From an uncultured Candidatus Saccharibacteria bacterium (GTDB lineage Bacteria; Patescibacteriota; Minisyncoccia; Phycocordibacterales; UBA9973), in assembly GCA_964596395.1 (NCBI GenBank), contig CAZQSY010000001.1:27763-91762 (forward strand): a stretch of 64,000 bases of DNA, given 5' to 3'. The notes under the pieces were generated by a model. That model did no database searches. It was given only the letters and a program-made list of their open reading frames with translations, and was not told where the DNA came from. A program made the position numbers and the translations under genes. The stretch's first letter is position 1; the number at the start of each line of letters is the position of its first letter. This document shows, one piece after another, positions 1-9,992 of the stretch.

Positions 1-571
1 CAAGAATCAGAATCAAAGGAAGCACAAAGACGAAATTGTAAAGAATAAGGTAAGCAAAACCCCGCCAGTAGCTTGAATAATCGTGAAGCAGCGACAGCAC
101 AAAAAGATACGGGCCGCCCGTGCAGGGAAACTCGAACATCGCTACTAAGGCGCCAAGCAGGAAAAAACCCGGCACGGAACCCTTGTTGATTACTTTCGCC
201 AGCGTGGCGTGCGTGCTTTCGGGTATTTTCAGTTTTACCGGGAAGTTCGGAAAAAATTCGCCCAATAAATTGATACCGCCGTAGGCAAAAAGTATCGCCG
301 CCCCGACTTTCGCCATTACGTTCGGCGCACCAATCGAAGCGAGCGCGCGAAGCATGCCGAGGCCAATCAGCGTATACACCAGAAATATTGCAAATATATA
401 AACCCCGCCCGAGAGCAGTACAAACTTCCTGTCTTTACCCAAACTGAACAAAAAAGCAATCGTCAAAAAAAGCACCGAAATAGCGCACGGATTTATGCTG
501 TCTATCAGCGCCGAGACAACAATCACCGGCAGAAACCCGCCCGCGCCGAGAGCAAAATATTCTGAAAACAT
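1..571 (-). CDS. CcdA/DsbD-family thiol-disulfide transmembrane electron carrier (partial, runs off window start)
   Basis: Manual translation of minus strand from ATG at 569-571: MFSEYFALGAGGFLPVIVVSALIDSINPCAISV...FEFPCTGGPYLF; paralogous to ORF 15933..16712 (same two conserved Cys motifs PC and FPC(M/T)GGPYL). Confidence 0.6.
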   Translation of the reverse strand, partial: MFSEYFALGAGGFLPVIVVSALIDSINPCAISVLFLTIAFLFSLGKDRKFVLLSGGVYIFAIFLVYTLIGLGMLRALASIGAPNVMAKVGAAILFAYGGINLLGEFFPNFPVKLKIPESTHATLAKVINKGSVPGFFLLGALVAMFEFPCTGGPYLFVLSLLHDYSSYWRGFAYLILYNFVFVLPLILIL

Positions 572-624
572 GCGAGTATAATATCACTTTCCCATAGAAT
601 CATCCAGTCGCCGACAAAGCACCT

Positions 625-1113
625 CTAAAATTTTTCACCTGGTCTTGCTTGTGCCACCGCCTGCCGGATAGCCGCTTCCAGTTTTTCAGGCTCATCGGTT
701 CCTATGCGGTAAATTTTCCCGTCCTTCATGCGAATTTCAACCGCGTCAAAACCGGAAACGTTAAAAATCCACGTCTTCGGCCAAAGCCACAATCGTATGC
801 CCCAACCGTAATACCAGTGATTTTTTACTCTTGTTGCTGACACGATTTCGCTCGTCGCGAATTTTTTGTGAAAAATGCCGTAGCCGAACTTGACCGTCAC
901 ACGCTCCTCATCCACATTGACCGTAAGCGCGCCGAAGGACGAAAGAACGAATAAAATTAACGCCATCACCGAGGTCACGAGTAAATTTGTGCCCGAGTCG
1001 TAAGAAGGCGGCTCAGCTCTCGCCGTAATTTGGACCCACGCGAACAGAACCAGAACAGCCAGCGTGACAAAAACCATCAGATAACCGATTTGTGTGTGGC
1101 GATATGGTTGCAT
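625..1113 (-). CDS. membrane-anchored bacterial PH (bPH_2/YdbT-like) domain protein
   Basis: two N-terminal TM helices followed by ~90 aa soluble domain with W/G-rich bPH-like pattern; weak family assignment. Confidence 0.35.
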   Translation of the reverse strand: MQPYRHTQIGYLMVFVTLAVLVLFAWVQITARAEPPSYDSGTNLLVTSVMALILFVLSSFGALTVNVDEERVTVKFGYGIFHKKFATSEIVSATRVKNHWYYGWGIRLWLWPKTWIFNVSGFDAVEIRMKDGKIYRIGTDEPEKLEAAIRQAVAQARPGEKF

Positions 1114-1130
1114 AATTAGCTAATTATACC

Positions 1131-1154
1131 ACGTCATGATTCGAATAATGACGT
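1131..1154. promoter_or_regulatory. inverted repeat ACGTCAT-N10-ATGACGT downstream of AbrB-like gene
   Basis: seen directly: ccACGTCATgattcgaataATGACGTcc. Confidence 0.3.
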
Positions 1155-1207
1155 CCAAATTTCGATACCTAACACGAATGTTTATAATTGTACGAAAAAC
1201 GATATTC

Positions 1208-1438
1208 TTACTTCTTCCAATCCCTAATTTGCACACCTCCATTGATCTTTTTCACCGAGAGTTTCTGCTTTTCCTTCCAGCCCAGGGATTTCAGAATTTC
1301 CACCGGAATTGAAACAACCAAGCTGGTACTGCCCGATTTCATCAATTTCCTCACGTTTTTATCCTTGTATTTTTTATCCGCCATGATATTATCGCTTATT
1401 TTAATTTTATCCACGTCAGTATTCAAATAATGATTCAA
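1208..1438 (-). CDS. SpoVT/AbrB (MazE-like) family small DNA-binding protein
   Basis: 76 aa; core LMKSGSTSLVVSIPVEILKSLGWKEKQKLSVKKINGGVQIRDWKK matches swapped-hairpin AbrB/MazE fold pattern; paralog at 21080..21259. Confidence 0.5.
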   Translation of the reverse strand: MNHYLNTDVDKIKISDNIMADKKYKDKNVRKLMKSGSTSLVVSIPVEILKSLGWKEKQKLSVKKINGGVQIRDWKK

Positions 1439-1452
1439 ATACTGACGTCTTA
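1417..1452. promoter_or_regulatory. 36-bp palindrome (11-bp arms ACGTCAGTATT / AATACTGACGT) immediately upstream of AbrB-like gene; putative autoregulatory operator
   Basis: seen directly in sequence; shares ACGTCA...TGACGT core with 1131..1154 repeat. Confidence 0.35.
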
Positions 1453-1494
1453 TTTCTCCATCATACCACCAGTCTGACCCTAGCAGAAACTGTT

Positions 1495-2235
1495 TTATCC
1501 TAGGGTAACTAGACTCATTCCCCCGTCAACGGTTAACACCTCGCCACACAGAGCATCATTTTTTGCCAGAAAAACTACCGCATCGGCGATTTCCTCTGGT
1601 TGTATCATTCTTTTTATTAGATGGACCTGCCCTAATCTTTTTTGTTTCTTTGCATTAAGATTATCCCACATGGGAGTTGCCACACGCCCCGGAGCAATAG
1701 CATTAACGAGTATTTTGGGCGCGAGATCTTTGGCTAAATTTTTCGTCCAATTTTCCAGGGCGGCCTTCAGGGCAGAATAGGCGGCGGCGGCTGGTCTACC
1801 GTATCCCAGTCGTCCGTGTATTGAGGAAATATTTACTATTTTCCCCGTCCGCATTAAGGGAAGAACGTACTTGGTTACCATCACAGCGCTTAGAAGGTTG
1901 TTCCGAAAAATACTTTCAAGCACTTTGACATTGGTTGGGTCATCGTTTGCGTCAAAAATCCCTGCGTTATTTACGAGCACATCAAAATGAGAAAATTTCC
2001 GCTTTATCTTCTTAAACATTTCAGCTACTTCTTTTTCGTTGGCAGCATCAGCGCGAATAAGCAAGTTTCCTTTAGAGTAAAGATTGCACTCCCTTAAAGT
2101 TTCTTGAGCAGCTTTACGGTCCGATTTAAAATTGATCACCACCGAAGAACCTTCCTTGGCAAAAACAATGGCAATTGCTTTGCCAATTCCCTTTGAGGCC
2201 CCAGTGACCAGCACAACCTTATTTTTCAGTTCCAT
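1495..2235 (-). CDS. short-chain dehydrogenase/reductase (FabG-like 3-oxoacyl-ACP reductase family)
   Basis: VLVTGASKGIGKAIA Rossmann motif, NNAG, YSALKAAL (YxxxK catalytic); start reset to internal ATG (MELKNKVVLVTG). Confidence 0.75.
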   Translation of the reverse strand: MELKNKVVLVTGASKGIGKAIAIVFAKEGSSVVINFKSDRKAAQETLRECNLYSKGNLLIRADAANEKEVAEMFKKIKRKFSHFDVLVNNAGIFDANDDPTNVKVLESIFRNNLLSAVMVTKYVLPLMRTGKIVNISSIHGRLGYGRPAAAAYSALKAALENWTKNLAKDLAPKILVNAIAPGRVATPMWDNLNAKKQKRLGQVHLIKRMIQPEEIADAVVFLAKNDALCGEVLTVDGGMSLVTLG

Positions 2236-2306
2236 TTTTCCATCATACCACCAAATCCCGCATGCCATCAAACTATCGTACGGAATCCTTGCTTCCATCC
2301 TTCACT

Positions 2307-3431
2307 TTACTGGTATTGTATATATATCGGCTTCGGGGAGAGATTAAGGATTTCAGCCGGTGTCATCAGGCGGGAATCTTTTTCGAGCAGGTCGTTTTTG
2401 TAGAAAAGTTTAAAGCCCGTGAACTGCACCGGCTCTTTGTGGACAAATTGCTTATAGGTATTAATTTTTCTTGCCTGATGCCCCCAGCCATCCATATCCA
2501 TGACAATCTGCGTTTCGGGCAAGGGTTTGATGTTTTGGTAATTCGTAACCATGTTCTGAGTAAAACGGTGTATTACCAAAATTTTCGGCGTAAGCTCGTT
2601 TTCCCTCACGACTCTGGCCAAAAAATCCGCCGCGAAATTTATGTCTTTGGCATCGTACGTCCCGATGACTTTGCCCGGTCTGGCCCCCGTCTTCATTGAA
2701 AATTCCGGGTCAATGCCCAGATGCACGTTCGGAAGCTTAAAATATTTTTCAAGCGGCGGAAGCTCTGCCTCTAAATTTGAAAGCCCGACCTGGATATCCA
2801 AGAAAATAAGCGCACCTATTTTCTCGGCCATTTTGAGAACTTTTTCAATCTCTTTGGCCGGCATGCGCGCCCGGTACTTGCCGTCGGCTCCGGCGCTTCC
2901 TTGCGCCACCACCGCGATATAGTGAAGCGCTGGAGTGGCGGGCGTGCCGGGGTCAGCTAATTTCCATTTTTCAACTTCAGCTTTCAGTTTCGCGAGCATT
3001 TCTTCTTCGGGGTACTCGCCGAGCGCCCCCATCTTCTTGGAAAGCAGATTGCCGTAATAGGCGATAATCCGGGAAAAAGGCAGTATCGCTCCGCCGTTCG
3101 GATAAACCGTTTTCGCCGGCCAGAGATTGGGCTTGGGAGGCAAAAGCGGTATGGGCTCGCCGGTTTTCGGGTCGATTTTGGGCTCTACTGTTTTCGGCGG
3201 CGGGTTGTTGGCCAATTCTAAAAGCTTCGCGTCATAAGCCGTTTTGTCGAGCACGGGCGGAGCGGGTTTTTTCTTTACTTCTTCGGCAATTTTCTTTACT
3301 CCGTTTATCACCTTACTAGAAAACACTTCCGGAATAAAAAAATAAAGCAGGACGATAGATATAAGCAGGAAAAAAAGCAAAAAGAGAGTACCACTTGACG
3401 TACCTTTCTGCTTTGAAAAAATATTCATCAT
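2307..3431 (-). CDS. hypothetical N-terminally anchored, Pro-rich linker protein with C-terminal TIM-barrel-like (possible glycoside hydrolase-like, DUF4015-like) domain
   Basis: TM helix + PPPKTVEPKIDPKTGEP linker + ~250 aa conserved-looking domain; family not securely recognised. Confidence 0.25.
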   Translation of the reverse strand: MMNIFSKQKGTSSGTLFLLFFLLISIVLLYFFIPEVFSSKVINGVKKIAEEVKKKPAPPVLDKTAYDAKLLELANNPPPKTVEPKIDPKTGEPIPLLPPKPNLWPAKTVYPNGGAILPFSRIIAYYGNLLSKKMGALGEYPEEEMLAKLKAEVEKWKLADPGTPATPALHYIAVVAQGSAGADGKYRARMPAKEIEKVLKMAEKIGALIFLDIQVGLSNLEAELPPLEKYFKLPNVHLGIDPEFSMKTGARPGKVIGTYDAKDINFAADFLARVVRENELTPKILVIHRFTQNMVTNYQNIKPLPETQIVMDMDGWGHQARKINTYKQFVHKEPVQFTGFKLFYKNDLLEKDSRLMTPAEILNLSPKPIYIQYQ

Positions 3432-4762
3432 TCGCGGGATTTTGCGAGTCCTATAATTTCTTCAACTGTACTGCCTTTTTTGTAAATTAGCAAATCATCG
3501 GTTGGCTTCTTCCATTCCTCCTGTATCGGGCCGACGATTCTCCAGCTTTCAAGTATCTCTTCACTTGAGGCGAACAAACTATGGTCGGAATTAAACGCGC
3601 TGTACAAAACCTGTTCGTAGGCCTCCGGTAATTTTTCATAATGGTCTTTGAAATGAAAACTCAGAACATGCTGGGAGAGTTCCCGTCCGTAGCCCGGCTT
3701 CTTCGCCCATACGCTGAACTTTATGCCCGCGTCCGGCTGTAAACGCAGCAGAAGTTCATTTGATTCGTGCTCCTCGCTTTTCTTGTAACGTATTTTTATT
3801 TCGGTAAACCTGTCCCGCAGCGCTTTGCCGTGGGTGAGCGCCATCGGCACCCCATGCCATTTCGGGTCGTCAGATTCGAGCTGTACCGACACGAATGTCT
3901 CAACATTTGATTTTTCGTTTCCGACTTCTTGCCTGTATCCTTCATACTGTCCGCGCGCGGCGCGCGCGACTTTCAAATGTTTGAGGGTATCTTGACGGCA
4001 CGAAGAAACCTCAGACAAATCGCACTTCGGGGGCAAATCCATCAGAACAAGCGACAGAAGCTGAAGCAGATGGCTCGGCACATAATCCCGCAAAGCGCCG
4101 GTCTGCTCGTAAAAATGCGCCCTGTTTTCGATACCCAGCTCTTCGCTCGCCGTTACCTCGATATTTTCTATAAATTCATTATTCCAAGTTTTTTTGAAAA
4201 GCGAATTGCCGTCGCGGAAGACAATTATGTTCTGCGCCGCTTCCTTGGCCAGATAGTGGTCTATACGGTAGACCTCTTCGGGTTTGAAATATTTTTCTAT
4301 GTGTTCGATTAAGTCCTTGGCGCTCGCGTAATCTTTCCCGAAAGGTTTTTCTAGAAGAAGTTTGCTTTTTCCGCGCTTCGGCAATCCGGCTTTCCCGATG
4401 CATTCTACTATCCCCTTGCATGCCTCGGGCGGTACGGAAAGATAAAAAATTCTCTGCGCCGGCTGGCCGAAAGATTTTTCAATCCCGTCCAAAACTTCTT
4501 CGAGCTTTCTACAATCTCCTTCTTTCTCGGCATCCAGGCGATGAAGTTCCAAATTTTGCCCGACGAATTTCAAATCGCCAGAAGCACGGCACAGGTCTTC
4601 CGCCGAAAGACCGGTCTTCCTGGTAATTCCCACTATCCGAAAATCCTCGGGAAGCATGCTCGCCTGGTGAATCGCTTCAATGGCCGGCAAAAGGTACCGC
4701 CGAGACAAATCGCCGGAAATTCCGAAGATTATTAAAATTGTTGGTTCTCCTTTGTTTGGCAT
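3428..4762 (-). CDS. zwf: glucose-6-phosphate 1-dehydrogenase
   Basis: N-terminal IFGISGDLSRRYLLPAI and RIDHYLAKE active-site signature (G6PD RIDHYLGKE). Confidence 0.85.
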   Translation of the reverse strand: MPNKGEPTILIIFGISGDLSRRYLLPAIEAIHQASMLPEDFRIVGITRKTGLSAEDLCRASGDLKFVGQNLELHRLDAEKEGDCRKLEEVLDGIEKSFGQPAQRIFYLSVPPEACKGIVECIGKAGLPKRGKSKLLLEKPFGKDYASAKDLIEHIEKYFKPEEVYRIDHYLAKEAAQNIIVFRDGNSLFKKTWNNEFIENIEVTASEELGIENRAHFYEQTGALRDYVPSHLLQLLSLVLMDLPPKCDLSEVSSCRQDTLKHLKVARAARGQYEGYRQEVGNEKSNVETFVSVQLESDDPKWHGVPMALTHGKALRDRFTEIKIRYKKSEEHESNELLLRLQPDAGIKFSVWAKKPGYGRELSQHVLSFHFKDHYEKLPEAYEQVLYSAFNSDHSLFASSEEILESWRIVGPIQEEWKKPTDDLLIYKKGSTVEEIIGLAKSRE

Positions 4763-4765
4763 ATT

Positions 4766-5671
4766 TCACTTTCCGTTTAAATCGTGCCCGCCGAAACCAT
4801 TTCTTATCATGGCAAGCAGTTTGGTGGCAAAATTTACTTCTCCTTTCTGCGAACGCAGACGCACTTCAAAAGACGCTTCTATAGACGGCATTTCCATGCC
4901 CATTTCTTTGGCTGTCTCCAGCGCGAAACGCGTCTCACCCGATTCTTTCACGATACCCTCTATCCCCGCCTGTTCCGGATTTTTTTTCAGAGCATCGCGA
5001 GTAAGCTCGTTTAGCCAGGAAGTAATCACACTGTGGCGCTGCCAAACCTCACCCGCCGAAACTAAATCAAGATTTTTGTACGGCCCTTCTTTCAAAAGGC
5101 GATATCCCTCGGCAAGGGATTCCATCATACCATACTCAATCGCGTTGTGGACCATTTTCACAAAATGGCCGGCGCCACTCTCGCCAAAGTAGTGATACCC
5201 GCCTTCTGGCTTGGCTAATTTTTCCAAAACGGGCTCGATTGTTTTAAATGTTTTTGAGTCGCCGCCCACCATCATAGAGAATCCGTTTTGGTAGCCCCAC
5301 ACCCCGCCGCTCGTCCCGACATCTATCAGGACAGAACCGTTTTCAAAAACCAGCTCTGCTCTTTTTTTGGTCAGGCGAAAATCAGAATTTCCTCCGTCAA
5401 TTAAAATACTTTCTTTGGGCACCAGCTTCAGCCATTCATCCAATTCTTTATCAACCGCTTCCGCCGGCACCATCATCCAGATAATTACCCGCTCTCCTTT
5501 AAACGAGCTTACAACTTCTTCTTTTGAATAAGCCGGTATCATCCCCAAAACCTTCATTTCGTCTATCGGACCCCTGCTCCTATTATGGGCAATCACGGCA
5601 AACCCGCCCTCGTGAAGCTTTTTTGCTATTTGCCCTCCCATTCTGCCCAAACCGGAGATTGCTATCTTCAT
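4766..5671 (-). CDS. gnd: 6-phosphogluconate dehydrogenase (decarboxylating), short YqeC/Gnd-like form
   Basis: MKIAISGLGRMGGQIAKKL NAD(P)-binding start, ~300 aa; operon position between pgl and zwf. Confidence 0.75.
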   Translation of the reverse strand: MKIAISGLGRMGGQIAKKLHEGGFAVIAHNRSRGPIDEMKVLGMIPAYSKEEVVSSFKGERVIIWMMVPAEAVDKELDEWLKLVPKESILIDGGNSDFRLTKKRAELVFENGSVLIDVGTSGGVWGYQNGFSMMVGGDSKTFKTIEPVLEKLAKPEGGYHYFGESGAGHFVKMVHNAIEYGMMESLAEGYRLLKEGPYKNLDLVSAGEVWQRHSVITSWLNELTRDALKKNPEQAGIEGIVKESGETRFALETAKEMGMEMPSIEASFEVRLRSQKGEVNFATKLLAMIRNGFGGHDLNGK

Positions 5672-6318
5672 TTTGAATAAAAAATTGTTAATAATGGAAC
5701 TTTTTTCAAAATTTGCGCCGGCTGCTTCGCGATGTCAATACTTTTTTGTAAATCCTCTAGTGCTTCCCTTTTTTCTTCCCCCCGTGCAAACACCACCGCT
5801 TCATCTAGTTTTTCTATGGCCCTCGGTGTCATTGTAATGCGTGAAAAAGCCGGCGTTTCATAACCGCAAGCGTATTCCTCTGAATATACCGCCGGGCTTT
5901 CGGGCAATATGCCGGCAGTGTGCCCATCCGCGCCGACGCCGAACAACCCAATTTTGTAGTCCGCGAAAGAAAGTTCCTCTTTCAACACTTCGTTGAAATT
6001 TTTGGCCGTAGACGCAAAGTCATCCCCAGTGAGCACGGGAATAATTCTTGCCTGCGGAAAATTAAAACCTTTTGATATGAGCTTGGCAAAATTTGAATCG
6101 GAATGCCCCGGCGGGCCGTATCTTTCGTCGGTTAAAGTCACAGTCAAGTTCTTAAGAGAATGCGCCCGCAAAATTTCGGAAATCCCCGCGCCTACTAGCA
6201 CAGAAGACCCTCCGGTCGCGAAGAACAGAACCTTGTTTCCTTCTTCTAGTTTCTTCAGTATGGAAGAAGCGACAAACTCCGCAGAGTTTTCTAACTTCGG
6301 TATGTTTATGAAATTCAC
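5668..6318 (-). CDS. pgl: 6-phosphogluconolactonase (NagB/DevB family)
   Basis: glucosamine-6-P isomerase/6PGL family pattern FFATGGSS...; overlapping stop/start with gnd. Confidence 0.7.
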   Translation of the reverse strand: MNFINIPKLENSAEFVASSILKKLEEGNKVLFFATGGSSVLVGAGISEILRAHSLKNLTVTLTDERYGPPGHSDSNFAKLISKGFNFPQARIIPVLTGDDFASTAKNFNEVLKEELSFADYKIGLFGVGADGHTAGILPESPAVYSEEYACGYETPAFSRITMTPRAIEKLDEAVVFARGEEKREALEDLQKSIDIAKQPAQILKKVPLLTIFYSK

Positions 6319-6332
6319 TCAAATATTATACA

Positions 6333-7373
6333 CTACAAAGCCATTCCTGTATTTTCCTCTGTTAGTACCCCGCGCTGTTTTGGCAACACTCCGTTTTTTA
6401 AGTCGTCCCCTGCTTCTCTTGTCCCCGCCTCTAGAGACAAACCCAAATCTTCTCTGAAATATGCAATTGTTTTCTTGAGCCCTTCTTCTAGTTTTATCTT
6501 CGGCTCCCAGCCGAGCTTCTCGCGGGCTAAAGATATGTCTGGTTTTCGCCTTTCTGGGTCTCCAGACGGCAAGGGCATCTTCACTATTTCGCTTTTTGAA
6601 CCGGTAAGTCGAATTACTTTTTGCGCCAATTCCGATATGGTAAATTCATCCGGGTTGCCGATATTCACGGGACCATAAAAATTTTCACTTTCCATAAGTT
6701 TTACAAAACCCTCTACCAAATCAGACACATACTGAAAACTCCGGGTCTGCTCTCCTTCGCCGTATATAGTTATTGGTTTGCCCTGCAATGCTTGAACAAT
6801 GAAATTTGAAACCACTCTCCCGTCATCTTTAGACATATACGGCCCGTATGTGTTGAAGATGCGCACAATCCTTATGTCCACCCCGTAAAAACGGCGGTAA
6901 TCGCAAAATAGCGTTTCTGCCGCGCGCTTTCCCTCGTCGTAACAAGCCCTGATGTTTGTCGTGTCCACGTTCCCTCGATAATTTTCCTTCTGCGGATGTT
7001 CCTGCGGATTACCGTAAACCTCGGAGGTGGAGGCCTGAAAAACGCGGGCTCCATGCACCCTTGCGTATTCTAAAACATTCAAACTGCCAAAGATGTTTAT
7101 CTTCATCGTGTTTATCGGGTCTCTCTGGTATTGGGGAGGCGAAGCGGGGCAAGCCAGATTATAAATCTGGTCTACCGACTCATCTAAAGGCAGAGGATTC
7201 ACAATGTCGTGCCCAAAAAATCTAAAATTAGGATGGTCTAAAAATTTTTCTATGTTCCTCTCACTTCCACTCAAAAAATTATCTAAACTTATGACCTCGT
7301 TCCCCTCCTTTAAAAACCTATCAGTGAGATTCGTACCTATAAAGCCCGCTCCGCCGGTTATTAATATTTTCAT
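6333..7373 (-). CDS. NAD-dependent UDP-glucuronate decarboxylase (UDP-xylose synthase)-like extended SDR
   Basis: [16 protein letters not shown], YxxxK in [11 protein letters not shown], strong similarity pattern to UXS family (NTYGPYM...). Confidence 0.65.
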   Translation of the reverse strand: MKILITGGAGFIGTNLTDRFLKEGNEVISLDNFLSGSERNIEKFLDHPNFRFFGHDIVNPLPLDESVDQIYNLACPASPPQYQRDPINTMKINIFGSLNVLEYARVHGARVFQASTSEVYGNPQEHPQKENYRGNVDTTNIRACYDEGKRAAETLFCDYRRFYGVDIRIVRIFNTYGPYMSKDDGRVVSNFIVQALQGKPITIYGEGEQTRSFQYVSDLVEGFVKLMESENFYGPVNIGNPDEFTISELAQKVIRLTGSKSEIVKMPLPSGDPERRKPDISLAREKLGWEPKIKLEEGLKKTIAYFREDLGLSLEAGTREAGDDLKNGVLPKQRGVLTEENTGMAL

Positions 7374-7375
7374 GT

Positions 7376-8332
7376 TTATTGTCTAATTAAATTGCCATCT
7401 ACCCTCCAATCAGGCGCGGGTAAATCGGCGCCCCACACACCTTCATGGTCGACGGCATTAAAAAACAGTATCGTCTTTATTAAAGGAAATTCGTCAATAT
7501 CGGAATACATGTCTTCTATCCATGCGGATTTGCGGGCATAATCTCCGGCCACCCCGAGTTCAACTATGTAAAGCGGTTTCATGAGCGGCGACAAGCGACT
7601 GTATTTTTCCTGGACCGATTCTTTAAAAGAACGAGCGTGGCCGTAGTACAAAACGTCAAAATCAGGAAAACTGTAAACCGGGAATCCTACTGAATCCACA
7701 TATTCGTCGCCCGGCCAGTATTCAAGGGCTTTGCCGTCACCGGCCGGGGACCAAACGTAAGATGTATTTTCCGCCAGCTTTCTGCATTCCGACACGAAAT
7801 GTTTATATGCGCCGACAAATTCCGCCGGCTTTCCCCCAGACCAATCGTACCTTACCGTCAGGTCGTGGTCCATCTCGTGCGCAAAAGAAACTTCAACTTT
7901 TCCCGAAACTTTTCCGAATTCAGTGCAGACTTTTTTTATATCCGCATCGTATCTACCCAAAGTTATATCGGTAAAAATTTTTTCCTTCCTCGCCGGTTCC
8001 CGAGCCCACGGCTCTAGAGTAATGAAAAGCGAGCGGTTTCTCTGTTTTGATTCCTCCGCCTTGGCTTGAAAATCAAAAGCGTCAAAATTAATCCAGGAAA
8101 AATAATAGTGGTCTACTGCCAGTCCCGTTTCACCTTTCAGTGTACCTTCATAATCGTAAACTCCATACCTGACTTCCTTTCTCTCACACCAAAAATCCAA
8201 GAAGGCGCAGTTTTCTTTGCCTGATTGCCAGATTAGTGCCTGAGGTATATTTTGAGACCTAGAAAAAAGCAGACATGCGAAAACCGCTAAGATCGCCAGC
8301 AGTATAAAAAAGTAAACATATTTTTTAATCAT
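7376..8332 (-). CDS. glycoside hydrolase, GH26-like (clan GH-A) with N-terminal membrane anchor
   Basis: VSFAHEMD matches GH26 acid/base motif (W-x-R-x-x-HE-x-N); candidate nucleophile in YIVELGVAG. Confidence 0.5.
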   Translation of the reverse strand: MIKKYVYFFILLAILAVFACLLFSRSQNIPQALIWQSGKENCAFLDFWCERKEVRYGVYDYEGTLKGETGLAVDHYYFSWINFDAFDFQAKAEESKQRNRSLFITLEPWAREPARKEKIFTDITLGRYDADIKKVCTEFGKVSGKVEVSFAHEMDHDLTVRYDWSGGKPAEFVGAYKHFVSECRKLAENTSYVWSPAGDGKALEYWPGDEYVDSVGFPVYSFPDFDVLYYGHARSFKESVQEKYSRLSPLMKPLYIVELGVAGDYARKSAWIEDMYSDIDEFPLIKTILFFNAVDHEGVWGADLPAPDWRVDGNLIRQ

Positions 8333-9920
8333 TGATTTTTATGTCAAAAACTCTTTTTTCTCTGTAATGCTTCGTAACTATGACCCATATGCTTAAGATA
8401 TAGTACAGCACTATAAGGTAAGAAAAATAATAGTAGCCCGCTACTTGTGGGCTGTATTCCGAAAAGTACAATATGGTCAGATAAACTGCGACAAGAACCA
8501 CATATGGATTCAATATACCGAAAGAAAAATCTCTTTCAACCGCTTCTCCCTTCGGGGTAATCATTATTTTGAAATCAGACCCCGAAACCACATCTAGGAT
8601 GGCCATAATAATACCATACATCGCGTATGGCCACCTAACCAACTGAAAAACCGCCACTTCCCAAGAAATTATTTTTGCGTTCTCGGGCCGGAACAGTCCG
8701 TTCCTTTTCAAAAAAAACACTATAAGGAGAACCGAGAAATCTAAAAACAAACTCAGCAACAAGAAAGAGAGGTAAGGTATGCTAACTAAGGGCACGCCTA
8801 AAACTACCGATATGAGAGGCAGAAAAAGCCCCAAAAACATAACGCCCGAAAATAAAGGATACCATAGCTGAGAAAATAAAAACTGAAATCTGAATTTTGG
8901 GGTGAGTTTTTTCCATACTTTCGGCATGAGGGTCAAAAGGAGAACCGTCAAACTTCTAGACCAGCGAAATTCTTGAATCATGCAATCGGAAAAAGTCGCC
9001 GGCCCTTCCCCACGGGCTATGGCGTAAAGCGCGTGCGCGCCCCGCCATCCGGCGGCGTTCAAAAGAAGCGTGGTTGAATGGTCTTCGGCAAATTCAGGCC
9101 CGAGCCCGCCTATCTGTTTTAGCGCTTTTGTTCTGACGGCATAGTGGGAACCGATACAAAGAGGCGCGAAACCATTAGTGTGCCCGGCCTGCAAAGGTCC
9201 GTGCATGATACTTTCGGCGTAAAGTCTTGCTCTGGCGCTCCAACTTTCCTTCTCGTTTAGATTACAAATGCTCGGCGCTGATACATATCCGACCTTATCA
9301 TCGGCAAAAGGCCTGAGTATTTCTTCAAGATAGTTTTTACCGGGAATATGGTCAATGTCAAACTGTACAACTATGTCGTAAAATTCGTACCCATACTTGT
9401 CGTAAAAAAAGGCTAAATTTCCTTCCTTTGAACCTGCGCGTCTGGGCCACCTCGCGTTGTGATATCCTGCGGCATCCTTTCTACAAGAAATTCGCACATT
9501 GTTTTCTTTGCACCACTTTATGGTTTCCGGTACAGGGTTTTCATCGGCCACCCAGGTGTCATGAGGAAACTTTTGCTCAAGACATCCTATGAGGGTTTTT
9601 TTTAGTACCGAAAATGGTTCTGCCGGCGTTTTGGTAACTACCATCGCCACCTTAAATTTCGGTACGGGGAGCTTACTGTCTGCAACTTTCATTCGCGCCA
9701 CAAAATAAAAGAAATAGGCCGGTATAAAATAGTTCCAAAAAATTATGATTGAGTTAAGTACAAGGCCGTAGGCGGTAACAAAGTGCCTTTTCTCGAACCA
9801 CCATAGCGTAAAGAAGGTGAGCAGGAAAAACCAAAAAATAATCAAAAGCAGGAGCGTGCGCTTCTGCCTTGGGTTTAAAACATTCCTGTATATTGAATTA
9901 CTGTCGGCAAATTTTGCCAC
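8325..9920 (-). CDS. processive family-2 glycosyltransferase (cellulose/chitin/hyaluronan-synthase-like, multi-TM)
   Basis: DID...D motifs and QEFRWSRS (QxxRW processivity motif); N- and C-terminal TM helices. Confidence 0.75.
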   Translation of the reverse strand: MAKFADSNSIYRNVLNPRQKRTLLLLIIFWFFLLTFFTLWWFEKRHFVTAYGLVLNSIIIFWNYFIPAYFFYFVARMKVADSKLPVPKFKVAMVVTKTPAEPFSVLKKTLIGCLEQKFPHDTWVADENPVPETIKWCKENNVRISCRKDAAGYHNARWPRRAGSKEGNLAFFYDKYGYEFYDIVVQFDIDHIPGKNYLEEILRPFADDKVGYVSAPSICNLNEKESWSARARLYAESIMHGPLQAGHTNGFAPLCIGSHYAVRTKALKQIGGLGPEFAEDHSTTLLLNAAGWRGAHALYAIARGEGPATFSDCMIQEFRWSRSLTVLLLTLMPKVWKKLTPKFRFQFLFSQLWYPLFSGVMFLGLFLPLISVVLGVPLVSIPYLSFLLLSLFLDFSVLLIVFFLKRNGLFRPENAKIISWEVAVFQLVRWPYAMYGIIMAILDVVSGSDFKIMITPKGEAVERDFSFGILNPYVVLVAVYLTILYFSEYSPQVAGYYYFSYLIVLYYILSIWVIVTKHYREKRVFDIKIND

Positions 9921-9992
9921 CAGAAATTTATACCTGATTTAGAAAAATTTTACAACTTCACGATTATTAGCTAATATGCCTACCAGAAAACT

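Noticed and set aside
4680-5192. Plus-strand ORFs nested antisense inside zwf/gnd, copA (18078..18662), htpX (35870..36544) and the wecA-like gene (58219..58698, 57594..57989)
   Set aside because: They are antisense to genes with strong family signatures, show biased low-complexity composition (S/P/R-rich), and have no domains; typical shadow ORFs.
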